DNA from: an uncultured Planctomycetales bacterium
Lineage (GTDB): Bacteria; Omnitrophota; Gorgyraeia; Gygaellales; Profunditerraquicolaceae
DNA: 64,000 nucleotides
Assembly: GCA_964456925.1 (NCBI GenBank)
Contig: CAYWCX010000001.1
Span: 10,800-74,799, forward strand
Direction: 5' to 3'
This document shows positions 29,247 to 41,220 of the stretch, piece after piece. Each line of letters begins with the position of its first letter. Position 1 is the stretch's first letter. The notes beneath the pieces are model-generated. The model was not told the origin of the DNA. It made no database searches and was given only the letters and a program-made list of their open reading frames with translations. The position numbers and the translations under genes are program-made.

Positions 29247-30134
29247 CTATGGACGCGGGTGAAACATCTTGTGTATGGTCTTAAGCCTGTCCTTATTAAT
29301 ATGCGTATAAATCTGCGTCGTAGAGATATTGCTGTGGCCGAGCATCTCCTGCACCGAACGCAGGTCTGCCCCCCGTTCTAACAAATGCGTGGCAAAAGAA
29401 TGCCTCAGGATGTGCGGCCGGATGGGCTTTTTAATTCCCGCCTGGCGGGCATACCTCTTGATGATCTTCCAGAGGGACTGCCGGGAGATTCTTTTACCGA
29501 AACGGCTTAAAAAAAGGTATTCGCTGGTCTTGCCTTTTAATAATTTAGGCCGTGATACCTCCAGATACCTCTGCACGCTCCTGATTGCCTTTTTACCCAA
29601 AGGTATAACCCGCTCCTTATTCCCTTTTCCTATGCAACGCAAAAAACCCACATCGACATTCACGTTGTCGGTTTTTAAATTCACTGCCTCGGATACGCGC
29701 ATGCCGGTAGCATAGAGTGCCTCGAGTACCGCCTTATCCCTTACGCCCAGCTGCTGCCGTATGTCCGGCTGCTCCAAGAGTTTGGTTACCTCATTTATTG
29801 ATAAGGCATCCGGAATCTTCTTCCAGAGTTTCGGGGAATCAATCAGGCTGCTGGGGTCGGTTTTAAGTATCTTCTCCCTTACGAGGAACCGGTAAAAGGC
29901 CTTGATTGCCGCCAGCCTCCGCGCCACGGAATTGGCAGCCAGGCCCTTATCCTTCTGGGAAAGCATAAAATTAGTAATATCGTTTCGGGTGGTGCGTGAT
30001 AAGGTATCAATGCCTTTTGACTCCAGGTAATTCATATAATAATTCAAGTCTTCCTGATAGGAAGTAATGGTATTGCGGGATAACCCCCGCTCCACCGACA
30101 AATAATTTAAGAAGGCCTCGATTAGTTCGCGCAT
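29247..30134 (-). CDS. xerD: tyrosine site-specific recombinase XerD/XerC
   Basis: N-terminal SAM-like domain and C-terminal R..HxxR..Y catalytic residues (RHSFATHLLERGADLRSVQEMLGHSNISTTQIYTHI). Confidence 0.9.
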   Translation of the reverse strand: MRELIEAFLNYLSVERGLSRNTITSYQEDLNYYMNYLESKGIDTLSRTTRNDITNFMLSQKDKGLAANSVARRLAAIKAFYRFLVREKILKTDPSSLIDSPKLWKKIPDALSINEVTKLLEQPDIRQQLGVRDKAVLEALYATGMRVSEAVNLKTDNVNVDVGFLRCIGKGNKERVIPLGKKAIRSVQRYLEVSRPKLLKGKTSEYLFLSRFGKRISRQSLWKIIKRYARQAGIKKPIRPHILRHSFATHLLERGADLRSVQEMLGHSNISTTQIYTHINKDRLKTIHKMFHPRP

Positions 30135-30135
30135 A

Positions 30136-30755
30136 TCAGTTTAAAAAAGGATTACTTTCCCGTTCCTCCCCGATGGTAGAAGAAGGCCCGTGTCCGGGAT
30201 AAACCACGGTATCATCGGGCAGTTTGAATAATTTCTCCTTGATGGACTTGATAATGGCATTTTCGCTTGCGCCGGGAAAATCCACCCTGCCTACCCCCTG
30301 ATAAAATAAGGTATCCCCGCTAAAAAGAATTTTATTTTCCGGCTGCCTCAAAAGCAGGCATATCCCGCCGGCGGTGTGACCCGGGGTAGCGATTACCTCT
30401 AAGCGTATGCCTCCTAATGCGATGATGTCGCCGTCCCTGACGGTTTTAATCATAACCTTTCCCACGGCATAGGACTGAAAGAGCAACTCCGAAAGATTAA
30501 GGCGGGTATCTTTCAACAGCGCCTCATCATCGGGATGAATGTAAACAGGGACGCCGAACTTGTCGTCGCAGCCGATATGGTCAAAGTGGCCGTGGGTATT
30601 AATAACGATGCCGGGGGTGAGTTTATGTCTAGCCAGGACCTGACGGATTTTCTTCTCGTCTGCTCCGGGGTCGATGATAACGGCCGGGCTTGCGGCAGCC
30701 TCTGCCAGGACATAACAATTCACCGCAAAAGGGCCTACGGTGAGCGTCTCCAGTA

Positions 30756-30768
<13 letters not shown>
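30136..30768 (-). CDS. MBL-fold metallo-hydrolase (glyoxalase II-like)
   Basis: HGHFDHIG metal-binding motif. Confidence 0.85.
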
Positions 30769-34004
<3,236 letters not shown>

Positions 34005-34005
<1 letters not shown>

Positions 34006-34277
34006 CAGAAGGCAATCGTGAAATCTTTAAATTCTCCGCTGGCCGGCTGCCACTCAATCTCGGTATCCTGAATATAGCGGGAAAAATACTGTGTGATTTT
34101 GTCTAAGAATTTTTTCAGGGTCTCTTCGGGCGCTTCGGCGAGAATCTCTACCCTGGAGTCGCCAAGGTTCTTTATCCACCCCGAAACGCCGAATTCCTCG
34201 GCAATACTTCTGGCGGTGAAACGAAACCCCACCCCCTGTACTCTGCCGCTATAATATGCATGCACCTGCTTTTTCAT
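34005..34277 (-). CDS. acyP: acylphosphatase
   Basis: YSGRVQGVGFRF and GWIKNLGDSRVE acylphosphatase signatures. The track ORF starts at a GTG at 34331 and adds an 18-codon extension that overlaps repeat C3. The internal ATG at 34277 (MKKQVHAYYSG) is preferred. Confidence 0.8.
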
Positions 34278-34302
34278 AGAACGCTTTAACGGGCCCTCAC
34301 TT

Positions 34303-34489
34303 GGTCTAATTTTAGGTTTTGCTTCCGGCACGGAAAATTTTTGCCGTCTGCTTCGGTTTACGGCTCGCTCCCGTAAAGACTATCGCCGACACGACATACT
34401 CCCGCTCGCCGTAATCCCTCGCAGACCCAAGCAAAAATAAGATGTCAAAAATTTTCTAATGTGCCTCCAGCAAAATCCTAAAATTTACC
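34303..34489 (-). repeat. Palindromic repeat element copy C3, in inverted orientation relative to C1 and C2
   Basis: Minus-strand reading is GGTAAATTTTAGGATTTTGCTGGAGGCACATTAGAAAATTTTTGAC...GAGGGATTACGGCGAG...CCGTAAACCGAAGCAGACGGCAAAAATTTTCCGTGCCGGAAGCAAAACCTAAAATTAGACC. It has the same architecture and conserved blocks as C1/C2, but its helices are rewritten in a compensatory way. Confidence 0.8.
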
Positions 34490-34529
34490 ACGCTAAGTTA
34501 CCCGTTAATCCTATAGCTGATTACGCTCT

Positions 34530-34701
34530 ATAATTTATGCGTTTCGCTGGAGCGCACATTAGGATTTTTACGGTAGGAGTGCGCAAGGGATTACGCCGAA
34601 CGAAAGGTGGCGAGCCCGCGTTAGCATACTGCCCGAAAGAGAGGCGTAAACCGTAGCGCACGGCGTAAAAATCCAGTGCACGGAAGCGAAAGCATAAATT
34701 A
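34530..34701 (+). repeat. Palindromic repeat element copy C2; its end lies about 4 nt from the tRNA-Pro 3' end
   Basis: ATAATTTATGCGTTTCGCTGGAGCGCACATTAGGATTTTTACGGTAGGAGTGCGCAAGGGATTACG...GTAAACCGTAGCGCACGGCGTAAAAATCCAGTGCACGGAAGCGAAAGCATAAATTAAAA. Its 5' and 3' halves are reverse complements. Confidence 0.85.
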
Positions 34702-34704
34702 AAA

Positions 34705-34782
34705 TGGTCGGGGCGGACAGACTTGAACTGTCGACCTCTTGGTCCCGAACCAAGCGCTCTAGCCAAACTGAGCCACGCCCCG
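34705..34782 (-). tRNA. tRNA-Pro (anticodon CGG)
   Basis: Minus-strand sequence CGGGGCGTGGCTCAGTTTGGCTAGAGCGCTTGGTTCGGGACCAAGAGGTCGACAGTTCAAGTCTGTCCGCCCCGACCA folds as a cloverleaf. Acceptor arms are CGGGGCG/CGCCCCG, the D arm is GCTC/GAGC, and the anticodon stem is CTTGG/CCAAG with loop TTCGGGA. The T arm is GACAG/CTGTC with TTCAAGT, and the CCA end is encoded. Confidence 0.92.
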
Positions 34783-34852
34783 TTACAAAAATAATTGTTT
34801 AAATTAGTATAACAAAAATAAGGCGGGTGCGCAATCTTTAAGTTATGTTAAC

Positions 34853-35434
34853 TTAAGAAACCGCGGCGGCTTTTTTGGCGAGGATATCGAATTCGACATT
34901 AACCAAGGCAGAAGGCTCCTTGAAACCCAATGTCGTGTTTTTTAAGGTGTGCGGTATAATATAAACGCTAAAAGTTGCGGACTTCTTTTCGGTAATAGTC
35001 AAGCTGATGCCGTCTAGCGCAATCGAGCCCTTTGGCAGAACAGAAGCGATAAACTTCGGCGGCACCGCAATCTCAAAACAGAGATTACTGTTCTCGTAAC
35101 CCTTACGGCGTATCACTCCGAGACAATCCACATGCCCTAATACAAAATGCCCCGAGATTCTATCGCCGACCTTAAGCGGCCGTTCCAAATTTACCATCTC
35201 GCCTATTTTTAGCTTTCCGAGGTTGGTAAGTTTCAGGGTTTCGGGCATGACCTCAAAGCTCAAGGTATCCGCGGTTTTCTTTATTACCGTAAGGCAGGCG
35301 CCGTTAACTGCAATGCTGTCGCCTGTCCGGCTATCTTCCAAGACCTTGTCAGCCTTAATCTCCAGCAGCGTCACCCTTGCGGCAGGAGATATTCTTTCTA
35401 CTTTGCCTAACTCTTCGATAATGCCGCTAAACAT
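34853..35434 (-). CDS. ribE: riboflavin synthase alpha subunit
   Basis: MFSGIIEELGKV N-terminus with duplicated lumazine-binding repeats. Confidence 0.9.
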   Translation of the reverse strand: MFSGIIEELGKVERISPAARVTLLEIKADKVLEDSRTGDSIAVNGACLTVIKKTADTLSFEVMPETLKLTNLGKLKIGEMVNLERPLKVGDRISGHFVLGHVDCLGVIRRKGYENSNLCFEIAVPPKFIASVLPKGSIALDGISLTITEKKSATFSVYIIPHTLKNTTLGFKEPSALVNVEFDILAKKAAAVS

Positions 35435-36527
35435 ATCCCTCTACTAAAAAATCCTCTCCGATGCGTTTTAATTTAACGTCGCGAAGCCTGAATGCCTTAT
35501 CGATACGGCCGATCCCGCGGCCCATTACGGCTCCGATGGCATCCCTGCCTCCGATAATCTTGGGGCTGATAAAAAATAAAACCTTATCCACCAGGCCTTC
35601 GTCAAATAGAGAGCCGATTAACGTCCCTCCGCCCTCTACTAGCATATTGGTTATCTCCAGCCGGGCGAGTTTTTTCATCATATCCTTGAGGTTTATCTGG
35701 CCCTCTTTTTCTTTCACCTCGAGTATCCTGGCCTTGCGGCCCAGAATCTCCCTGTTCTCGGTTTCCTGGCCGGATTTTACCGCTAAGGTTACTATTATAA
35801 CCGAACTGCTGCGGGAAAAAATTTCGGCGTCTTGCGGGGTACTTAACTGACTGTCTACGACGATTTTTACCGGCTGCATTTTGGAAAACCAGGCGTTTAG
35901 TTTGGGGTTATCGCGTAAAACGGTATTTACGCCTACGGCTACCGCATCGTAATCTGAACGGATGCGGTGGGCATAGCTCCTGGCCTTATCCGAGGTTATC
36001 CATTTGGAATCGCCGCTGCGGGCGGCAATCCTGCCGTCAAGGGACTCTGCGACCTTGACCGTGACAAAGGGCATCTTCCTGGTAATATATTTTATAAAAA
36101 CTTCGTTGACCTTTCTAATCTCATCTTCCAGCAGCCCCAGATGAACTTTAATATTATGCTGCCGCAGGATCTCAACCCCCTTGCCGTTATTCAGCGGATT
36201 GGGGTCAATCATCCCCACAAAAACCTCTTTGATGCCGCTTTTAAGAATCCTGTCCACGCAGGGCGGGGTCTTGCCAAAATGCGTGCAGGGCTCCAGGGTA
36301 ACGTAAAGGGTTGCGCCGCGGGCCCTCTCCCCCGCTTCATCCAAAGCCGCGATTTCGGCATGGGGCAGGCCGGCTTTTTCGTGGTAACCCTTGGCAATAA
36401 CGCGGGAGTTTTTTACTATTACTGCGCCGACGAGGGGGTTGGGGCTGGTCCTGCCTTTTGCCTTAAGGGCAAGCCTCAAGGCCATCTTCATATGTTTTTC
36501 GTGAATATCCATAACCCTATTTGGCAT
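35427..36527 (-). CDS. ribD: bifunctional diaminohydroxyphosphoribosylaminopyrimidine deaminase / 5-amino-6-(5-phosphoribosylamino)uracil reductase
   Basis: CMP/dCMP deaminase zinc motif (HAEIAAL ... PCTHFGKTPPC) plus a C-terminal reductase domain. Confidence 0.9.
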   Translation of the reverse strand: MPNRVMDIHEKHMKMALRLALKAKGRTSPNPLVGAVIVKNSRVIAKGYHEKAGLPHAEIAALDEAGERARGATLYVTLEPCTHFGKTPPCVDRILKSGIKEVFVGMIDPNPLNNGKGVEILRQHNIKVHLGLLEDEIRKVNEVFIKYITRKMPFVTVKVAESLDGRIAARSGDSKWITSDKARSYAHRIRSDYDAVAVGVNTVLRDNPKLNAWFSKMQPVKIVVDSQLSTPQDAEIFSRSSSVIIVTLAVKSGQETENREILGRKARILEVKEKEGQINLKDMMKKLARLEITNMLVEGGGTLIGSLFDEGLVDKVLFFISPKIIGGRDAIGAVMGRGIGRIDKAFRLRDVKLKRIGEDFLVEGYV

Positions 36528-37347
36528 TGTTTAACCTCTTGGTCTCTTTCAACTTCTCTACCAATACATAAGGTATCTTTATCGAACCTATCTGCGCTTC
36601 CGGCTTGGCGCTGCCGTGGCAGTCCGAACCTCCGGTAACCAATAGATTGTGCTCCCGGGCAAACCTCAGGTAAAAATTAAGCAGGGATTGGTTATGCTCG
36701 GGGTAATACGCCTCCAGCCCCTGCAGTCCCCAGTCTATACATTGCAGTATCAATTCATCGCGGGTGACGGTGTAAGGATGCGCCAGCACCGCAATACCGC
36801 CGTACTCCCTGATCAGGGCGATTGCCTGTTGAGGCGAATAGCGGAAACCGCAAACATAGGCGGGAGATTTATCGCCGATGTACCTCTGGAATGCCTCCTG
36901 GGTCGAGCCGACAATCCCCTTGCTTACCATTGCCCGCGCAATATGCAGCCTTCCGACCGTCCCCTGCCCGGCAAGCGCGAATACGTCCTCGGCATCCAAT
37001 TGGACATCGGCGTCGCGCAACTTGCCGAGAATCTTATGTACTCTTTCAATGCGGTTAACCTTTAAGGAAGTAAGTTTTTCCCGCAGGGCTTTATTCTGGT
37101 ATTCGAGGAGATAACCCAGGATATGGATTTCGCTGCCTTCGTATTCCGCGGTCAATTCAATCCCGGGGATGACTTCGAGGTCCGTACCTTTTGCCGCCTC
37201 TAAGACAGGCCCGATACCTTCGACGGTATCGTGGTCCGCCACCGCAATCGCGGCGAGCTCAGTTTTAAGGGCTTCCCTTACGAGTTCTTCGGGGGTATAG
37301 GTACCGTCGGAAAAATAGGTGTGCAGGTGCAAATCAGCGGTCTTCAT
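36517..37347 (-). CDS. PHP-domain (polymerase/histidinol phosphatase-like) metal-dependent phosphoesterase
   Basis: DLHLHTYFSDG N-terminal PHP motif. Confidence 0.8.
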   Translation of the reverse strand: MKTADLHLHTYFSDGTYTPEELVREALKTELAAIAVADHDTVEGIGPVLEAAKGTDLEVIPGIELTAEYEGSEIHILGYLLEYQNKALREKLTSLKVNRIERVHKILGKLRDADVQLDAEDVFALAGQGTVGRLHIARAMVSKGIVGSTQEAFQRYIGDKSPAYVCGFRYSPQQAIALIREYGGIAVLAHPYTVTRDELILQCIDWGLQGLEAYYPEHNQSLLNFYLRFAREHNLLVTGGSDCHGSAKPEAQIGSIKIPYVLVEKLKETKRLNNAK

Positions 37348-37760
37348 ACCTTCTTATCTGTCTTGACCTTGTCCAAGATGCCATTAACGAACTTGGCGGC
37401 TTCGATACCGGAGTATTTCTTCGCCAGCTCAATGGCTTCATTAATGGAAACCTTGGGCGGGATATCGCTACGGAAGAGAAGTTCGTAACTGGCCAAACGC
37501 AGGATATTCCTGTCCACCACCGCCATACGGTTAACCTGCCAGTTGCTGGCATATTGTGCGATTTTCTCGTCGATATCCTTAATATTGGCGACAGCGCCCT
37601 TAACGAGGTCGGCGGTAAAAGCCTTGACGTCATCAGCTACCGCTTTCTCCTGGGTCTGCCAGAGGTTGCTTAAGACGGCCTCGCAATCCTTACCCTCGGT
37701 GATATCCATCTGGTAAAGAAGTTGCAGCGCGAATTCGCGCGCCTGGGTACGTTTACGCAT
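37344..37760 (-). CDS. nusB: transcription antitermination factor NusB
   Basis: MRKRTQAREFALQLLYQMD; 138 aa. Confidence 0.9.
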   Translation of the reverse strand: MRKRTQAREFALQLLYQMDITEGKDCEAVLSNLWQTQEKAVADDVKAFTADLVKGAVANIKDIDEKIAQYASNWQVNRMAVVDRNILRLASYELLFRSDIPPKVSINEAIELAKKYSGIEAAKFVNGILDKVKTDKKV

Positions 37761-38228
37761 TTATTTGACCTTCTCGATAAGGTTAGCCATCTCAATGGCA
37801 TTCAGGGCGGCATCGCGGCCCTTATTGCCGTCTTTGGTTCCGGCGCGCTCAATAGCCTGTTCAATGGTATCGGCGGTAATCACCCCGAAGATGACCGGTA
37901 ATCCGCTCTCCTGCGAAACCCGCGCTACTCCTTTTGATACCTCGGAGGCGATATATTCGAAATGCGGGGTTGCTCCGCGTATCACCGTGCCCAGACATAT
38001 CAGGGCGTCATAGGATTTGGACTTTGCAAGTTTTGCCACTACGGTCGGAATCTCAAATGCGCCGGGGACCCAGGTAACCGAAAGCCCGCCCTCCTCTGCG
38101 CCGTGGCGGATGAGGGTATCAATGCAGCCGTCGACCAGTTCCTTGGTAATAAAATCGTTAAAGCGGGATGCCACAATCGCAAACCTCTTACCCTTGGCAA
38201 TCAGATTGCCTTCAATTACTTTTACCAT
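37761..38228 (-). CDS. ribH: 6,7-dimethyl-8-ribityllumazine synthase
   Basis: 155 aa matching the lumazine synthase family ([13 protein letters not shown] ... GAFEIP). Confidence 0.9.
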   Translation of the reverse strand: MVKVIEGNLIAKGKRFAIVASRFNDFITKELVDGCIDTLIRHGAEEGGLSVTWVPGAFEIPTVVAKLAKSKSYDALICLGTVIRGATPHFEYIASEVSKGVARVSQESGLPVIFGVITADTIEQAIERAGTKDGNKGRDAALNAIEMANLIEKVK

Positions 38229-38261
38229 ACCTTCCTCCTTTTTATCTGGGGATAACCGTCC

Positions 38262-39470
38262 CTAAATATTTAAATCGTGGCCGAGTTTTTCCTTTTTGGT
38301 CTTGAGATACTGATAGTTGGCCTTATTCGGCTCCACCTCCAAAGGAACGCGCTCCACGACCTTTAGATTATAACCTTCCAACCCTACAATCTTGCGCGGA
38401 TTATTGGTAAGAAGACGGATATTTTTTAATCCCAGGTCTGCCAGGATCTGGGCACCGATGCCGTAATCCCGCAGGTCCGGCTGATATCCCAGGGCTTCGT
38501 TCGCCTGCACCGTATCCAGTCCGTTATCCTGCAGGTTATAGGCGCGGATTTTATCAATCAATCCGATTCCGCGGCCCTCCTGGCTCATATAGAGGATTAC
38601 CCCTTTTTTCTCTTTCCCGATAATCTGCATTGCCTTCTTTAATTGCCTGCCGCAGTCGCAACGCAAAGAACCAAAAACGTCTCCGGTAAGGCACTCCGAA
38701 TGCACCCGCACCAGGACCGCCTCTTCACCCCAGTTCCCCATCGTAAGCGCCGCGTGTATCTCATTCTTGATGAGGTCGCGGTAGAGGATAAACCGGTAGT
38801 TACCGAACTCCGTAGGCAGGGTAGTTTCTGAAATTCTTTCAACAAGCCTTTCAGAGCGCCGGCGGTATTCGATGAGGTCGGCGATAGAACAAATCTTAAG
38901 CTGATGCCTTTGGGAAAATTCCAGAAGCTGGGGTAAGCGCGACATCGTACCGTCATCGTTCATAATCTCGCAGATTACCCCTGCCGGATACAGCCCGACC
39001 AGTTTCATCAGGTCTATGGTGGCTTCGGTATGCCCGGCGCGCACCAGTACCCCGCCCTTGCGGGCCTTGAGCGGAAAAATATGGCCCGGCCGCACCAAAT
39101 CTTCGGGCTTGGTATCGGGGTTAATCAGGACCTCGATGGTGCGGGCGCGGTCCTGGGCAGAAATACCGGTGGTAATCCCACGTGCGGCATCCACTGAAAT
39201 CATCCAGGCAGTAGAAAAAGGGTCTTTTTTATGCGAGGGTTCGCTGCCGTTTAACATCGGCTGCAGCGCCAGTAACCTCAACCTCCCTTCCTCCATAGGC
39301 ATACAGATAAGCCCGCGGCCAAACTTCGCCATGAAGTTAATATCCTGCGGCCGTATGAATGAAGAAGCCATTACCAGGTCGCCTTCATTTTCGCGGTCCT
39401 CGTCATCAACCACAATGACCATTTTGCCTTTTTTTAAATCTTCCAAAATTTGCGGAATCGTATTGAACAT
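38262..39470 (-). CDS. ribBA: bifunctional 3,4-dihydroxy-2-butanone-4-phosphate synthase / GTP cyclohydrolase II
   Basis: N-terminal DHBP synthase (VVDDEDRENEGDL) and a C-terminal GTP cyclohydrolase II with a Cys zinc site (CDCGRQL). Confidence 0.92.
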   Translation of the reverse strand: MFNTIPQILEDLKKGKMVIVVDDEDRENEGDLVMASSFIRPQDINFMAKFGRGLICMPMEEGRLRLLALQPMLNGSEPSHKKDPFSTAWMISVDAARGITTGISAQDRARTIEVLINPDTKPEDLVRPGHIFPLKARKGGVLVRAGHTEATIDLMKLVGLYPAGVICEIMNDDGTMSRLPQLLEFSQRHQLKICSIADLIEYRRRSERLVERISETTLPTEFGNYRFILYRDLIKNEIHAALTMGNWGEEAVLVRVHSECLTGDVFGSLRCDCGRQLKKAMQIIGKEKKGVILYMSQEGRGIGLIDKIRAYNLQDNGLDTVQANEALGYQPDLRDYGIGAQILADLGLKNIRLLTNNPRKIVGLEGYNLKVVERVPLEVEPNKANYQYLKTKKEKLGHDLNI

Positions 39471-39485
39471 AAGAATTACCCTCTC

Positions 39486-39668
39486 AACAAAAAACCCGAA
39501 GAGACAATCTTCGGGTAAATAAACACTGCGCCTTTAATCTCCTCCCCTCTGGACTTTACCATCGGCTCTGGAATTTCGCCAGATCTACCCCTGCTGTTTT
39601 CAAGCAGCGGGGGCTCGCGGGCTTAACCGCCGGTCAGGAATTCCACCTTGCCCCGAAGATTAACGTAA
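39486..39668 (-). promoter_or_regulatory. FMN riboswitch (RFN element) with intrinsic-terminator expression platform, in the ribBA leader
   Basis: Minus-strand RNA AAUCUUCGGGGCAAGGUGGAAUUCCUGACCGGCGGUUAAGCCCGCGAGC...GGCGAAAUUCCAGAGCCGAUGGUAAAGUCCAGAGGGGAGGAGAUU matches the FMN aptamer consensus (UCUUCGGGGCAGGGUGAAAUUCCCGACCGGCGGUAGUAAAGC ... GCCGACAGUGAAAGUCUGGAUGGGAGAAGGAU). Downstream lies the hairpin CCCGAAGAUUGUCUCUUCGGG followed by UUUUUUG, about 16 nt before the ribBA start. Confidence 0.9.
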
Positions 39669-39669
39669 A

Positions 39670-39728
39670 GTTATTTTAACAGAAAATCCCTTCTTGTCAA
39701 TAACTTTAAAATCTCTTATAATAAACCT
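39670..39728. promoter_or_regulatory. Back-to-back divergent promoters sharing a palindromic -35: the plus strand drives leaderless cinA-C (TTGTCA, 17 nt, TATAAT); the minus strand drives the rib leader (TTGACA, 16 nt, TAAAAT)
   Basis: Plus strand reads TTGTCA at 39694-39699 and TATAAT at 39717-39722, with the ATG at 39729 only 6 nt after the -10. The minus strand reads TTGACAagaagggattttctgtTAAAAT, ending just upstream of the riboswitch. Confidence 0.6.
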
Positions 39729-40196
39729 ATGCAAAACCCCACCCGGCAAATCCACAGGTTGTTATCGGAAAAAAGAAAAACCCTGGCTATTGCCGAATCC
39801 TGTACCGGCGGCCTCGTCTCTCACCTTATCACCCGGAACCCCGGCAGTTCAAGATATTTCCTCTGCGGCGTGGTTGCCTACAGCAATCGCGCAAAGGAGC
39901 TCTTTCTGAAGATGCCGCACCGCCTCATTGCTAAGAAAGGTGCGGTCTCGGGGGAGGTAGCGCTTGGGATGGCGGTGAATATCCGTAAACTCATTAAAGC
40001 TGACTTCGGCATCGCTATTACCGGTATTGCCGGGCCCACCGGCGCCACCCCCCATAAACCAACAGGCACGGTATTTATTGCCCTCTCAAGCAAAAAACAA
40101 AACCTCTGCCGTAAATTTATCTTCCGGGGCAGCCGCAGCGAGGTCAAAAAAAGAGCTGCCTTGAAATCCTTAGAACTCCTTAAGGGCATCGTTTGA
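39729..40196 (+). CDS. CinA C-terminal domain protein (nicotinamide-nucleotide amidohydrolase PncC-like)
   Basis: LAIAESCTGGLVSHLIT motif; 155 aa. Confidence 0.85.
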   Translation: MQNPTRQIHRLLSEKRKTLAIAESCTGGLVSHLITRNPGSSRYFLCGVVAYSNRAKELFLKMPHRLIAKKGAVSGEVALGMAVNIRKLIKADFGIAITGIAGPTGATPHKPTGTVFIALSSKKQNLCRKFIFRGSRSEVKKRAALKSLELLKGIV

Positions 40197-40771
40197 GCAT
40201 GCGCGCCTTCATTGCCATAGAACTTCCGAAAGAAATCAGTGATTATTTAAGCCGCCTGCAGGACAAACTCAAAACCACGGGAGCGGACGTAAAATGGGTC
40301 GAGCCCGACAACATCCATCTCACCCTGAAATTCCTCGGTGAAATTACCGAGGCGCAATCAAAAGAAATTATTAAAATTATGGAAGATACCTGCGGTATTA
40401 ATCCTGCTTTTGATATCGCCTTGGGGGGCTTGGGGGCATTCCCCAGGATAACCTCTCCCCGCGTAATCTGGGTGGGGATCGATGCGGGGCGTGATGAGGC
40501 CGGCAAAATAGCGCAGGAACTGGAAGATAAAATCTCGGGCCTAGGGATAGCGAAAGAAAAAAAAGAATTCTCGGCGCACCTGACTATCGCAAGGACGCGG
40601 TCGGCGTTCAATATAACCGCCCTTATTCAGGATTTGAAAAATCTGGCAGGGATAATGCCGGAGCAAAATTTGCGGTTTAAGGCCTCGCGAATCTCGCTGA
40701 TTAAAAGTACCCTCACCCCCAAAGGCCCGCTCTACGAGACCTTAAGGGAAATCAGCCTTAAAACTGCCTGA
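40193..40771 (+). CDS. thpR: RNA 2',3'-cyclic phosphodiesterase (2H family, ThpR/LigT)
   Basis: Two H-x-T-x motifs (HLTLKFLGE and HLTIART). Overlaps the cinA-C stop by 4 nt. Confidence 0.85.
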   Translation: MSMRAFIAIELPKEISDYLSRLQDKLKTTGADVKWVEPDNIHLTLKFLGEITEAQSKEIIKIMEDTCGINPAFDIALGGLGAFPRITSPRVIWVGIDAGRDEAGKIAQELEDKISGLGIAKEKKEFSAHLTIARTRSAFNITALIQDLKNLAGIMPEQNLRFKASRISLIKSTLTPKGPLYETLREISLKTA

Positions 40772-41220
40772 AGTATAATATTGGCGTATAATCCGGCGAC
40801 AATATCGTCGAGCATGATGCCGGCGCTCCCCGATAAATGCTGCAGCCTGTTGCAAGGGTAGGGCTTGGCGATGTCAAAAATCCTGAATAACACCAGGCCC
40901 GAAAGCGCTATCCTTATATTATAAGGTAAGAACAACAACGCCGTAAGCATCCCGGCCACTTCGTCTATCACGATGCGGCGGGAATCTTTCCGGTCAAAGG
41001 CCCGCTCCGCCCTCCCCGAAACCGCAAATCCCGCAAACAGCATGAAAGCGGTAATCAGAACATACCAGGCGCTGCGATTACCCACGAGAAGAAATATCAA
41101 AAGCCCCGCAATGCTGGCAGCGGTGCCCGGCATCAACGGAAGGTAACCTAACCCGAAAAAGGTAGCGATAATTTTAATCAGGGGGGCGGGCCTCTCCATA
41201 TCAGGACTAGAATTTAGCAA
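40732..41220 (-). CDS. pgpA: phosphatidylglycerophosphatase A
   Basis: FFGLGYLPLMPGTAASIAG motif. The start may instead be the internal MERPAPLIKII near 41199. Convergent 40-nt overlap with the thpR 3' end. Confidence 0.8.
   Translation of the reverse strand: MLNSSPDMERPAPLIKIIATFFGLGYLPLMPGTAASIAGLLIFLLVGNRSAWYVLITAFMLFAGFAVSGRAERAFDRKDSRRIVIDEVAGMLTALLFLPYNIRIALSGLVLFRIFDIAKPYPCNRLQHLSGSAGIMLDDIVAGLYANIILQAVLRLISLKVS

Noticed and set aside
34521-34766. Track ORFs 34521-34766 and 34568-34753 on the minus strand
   Set aside because: They overlap tRNA-Pro and repeat element C2. Their translations are arbitrary, for example MARALGSGPRGRQFKSV.
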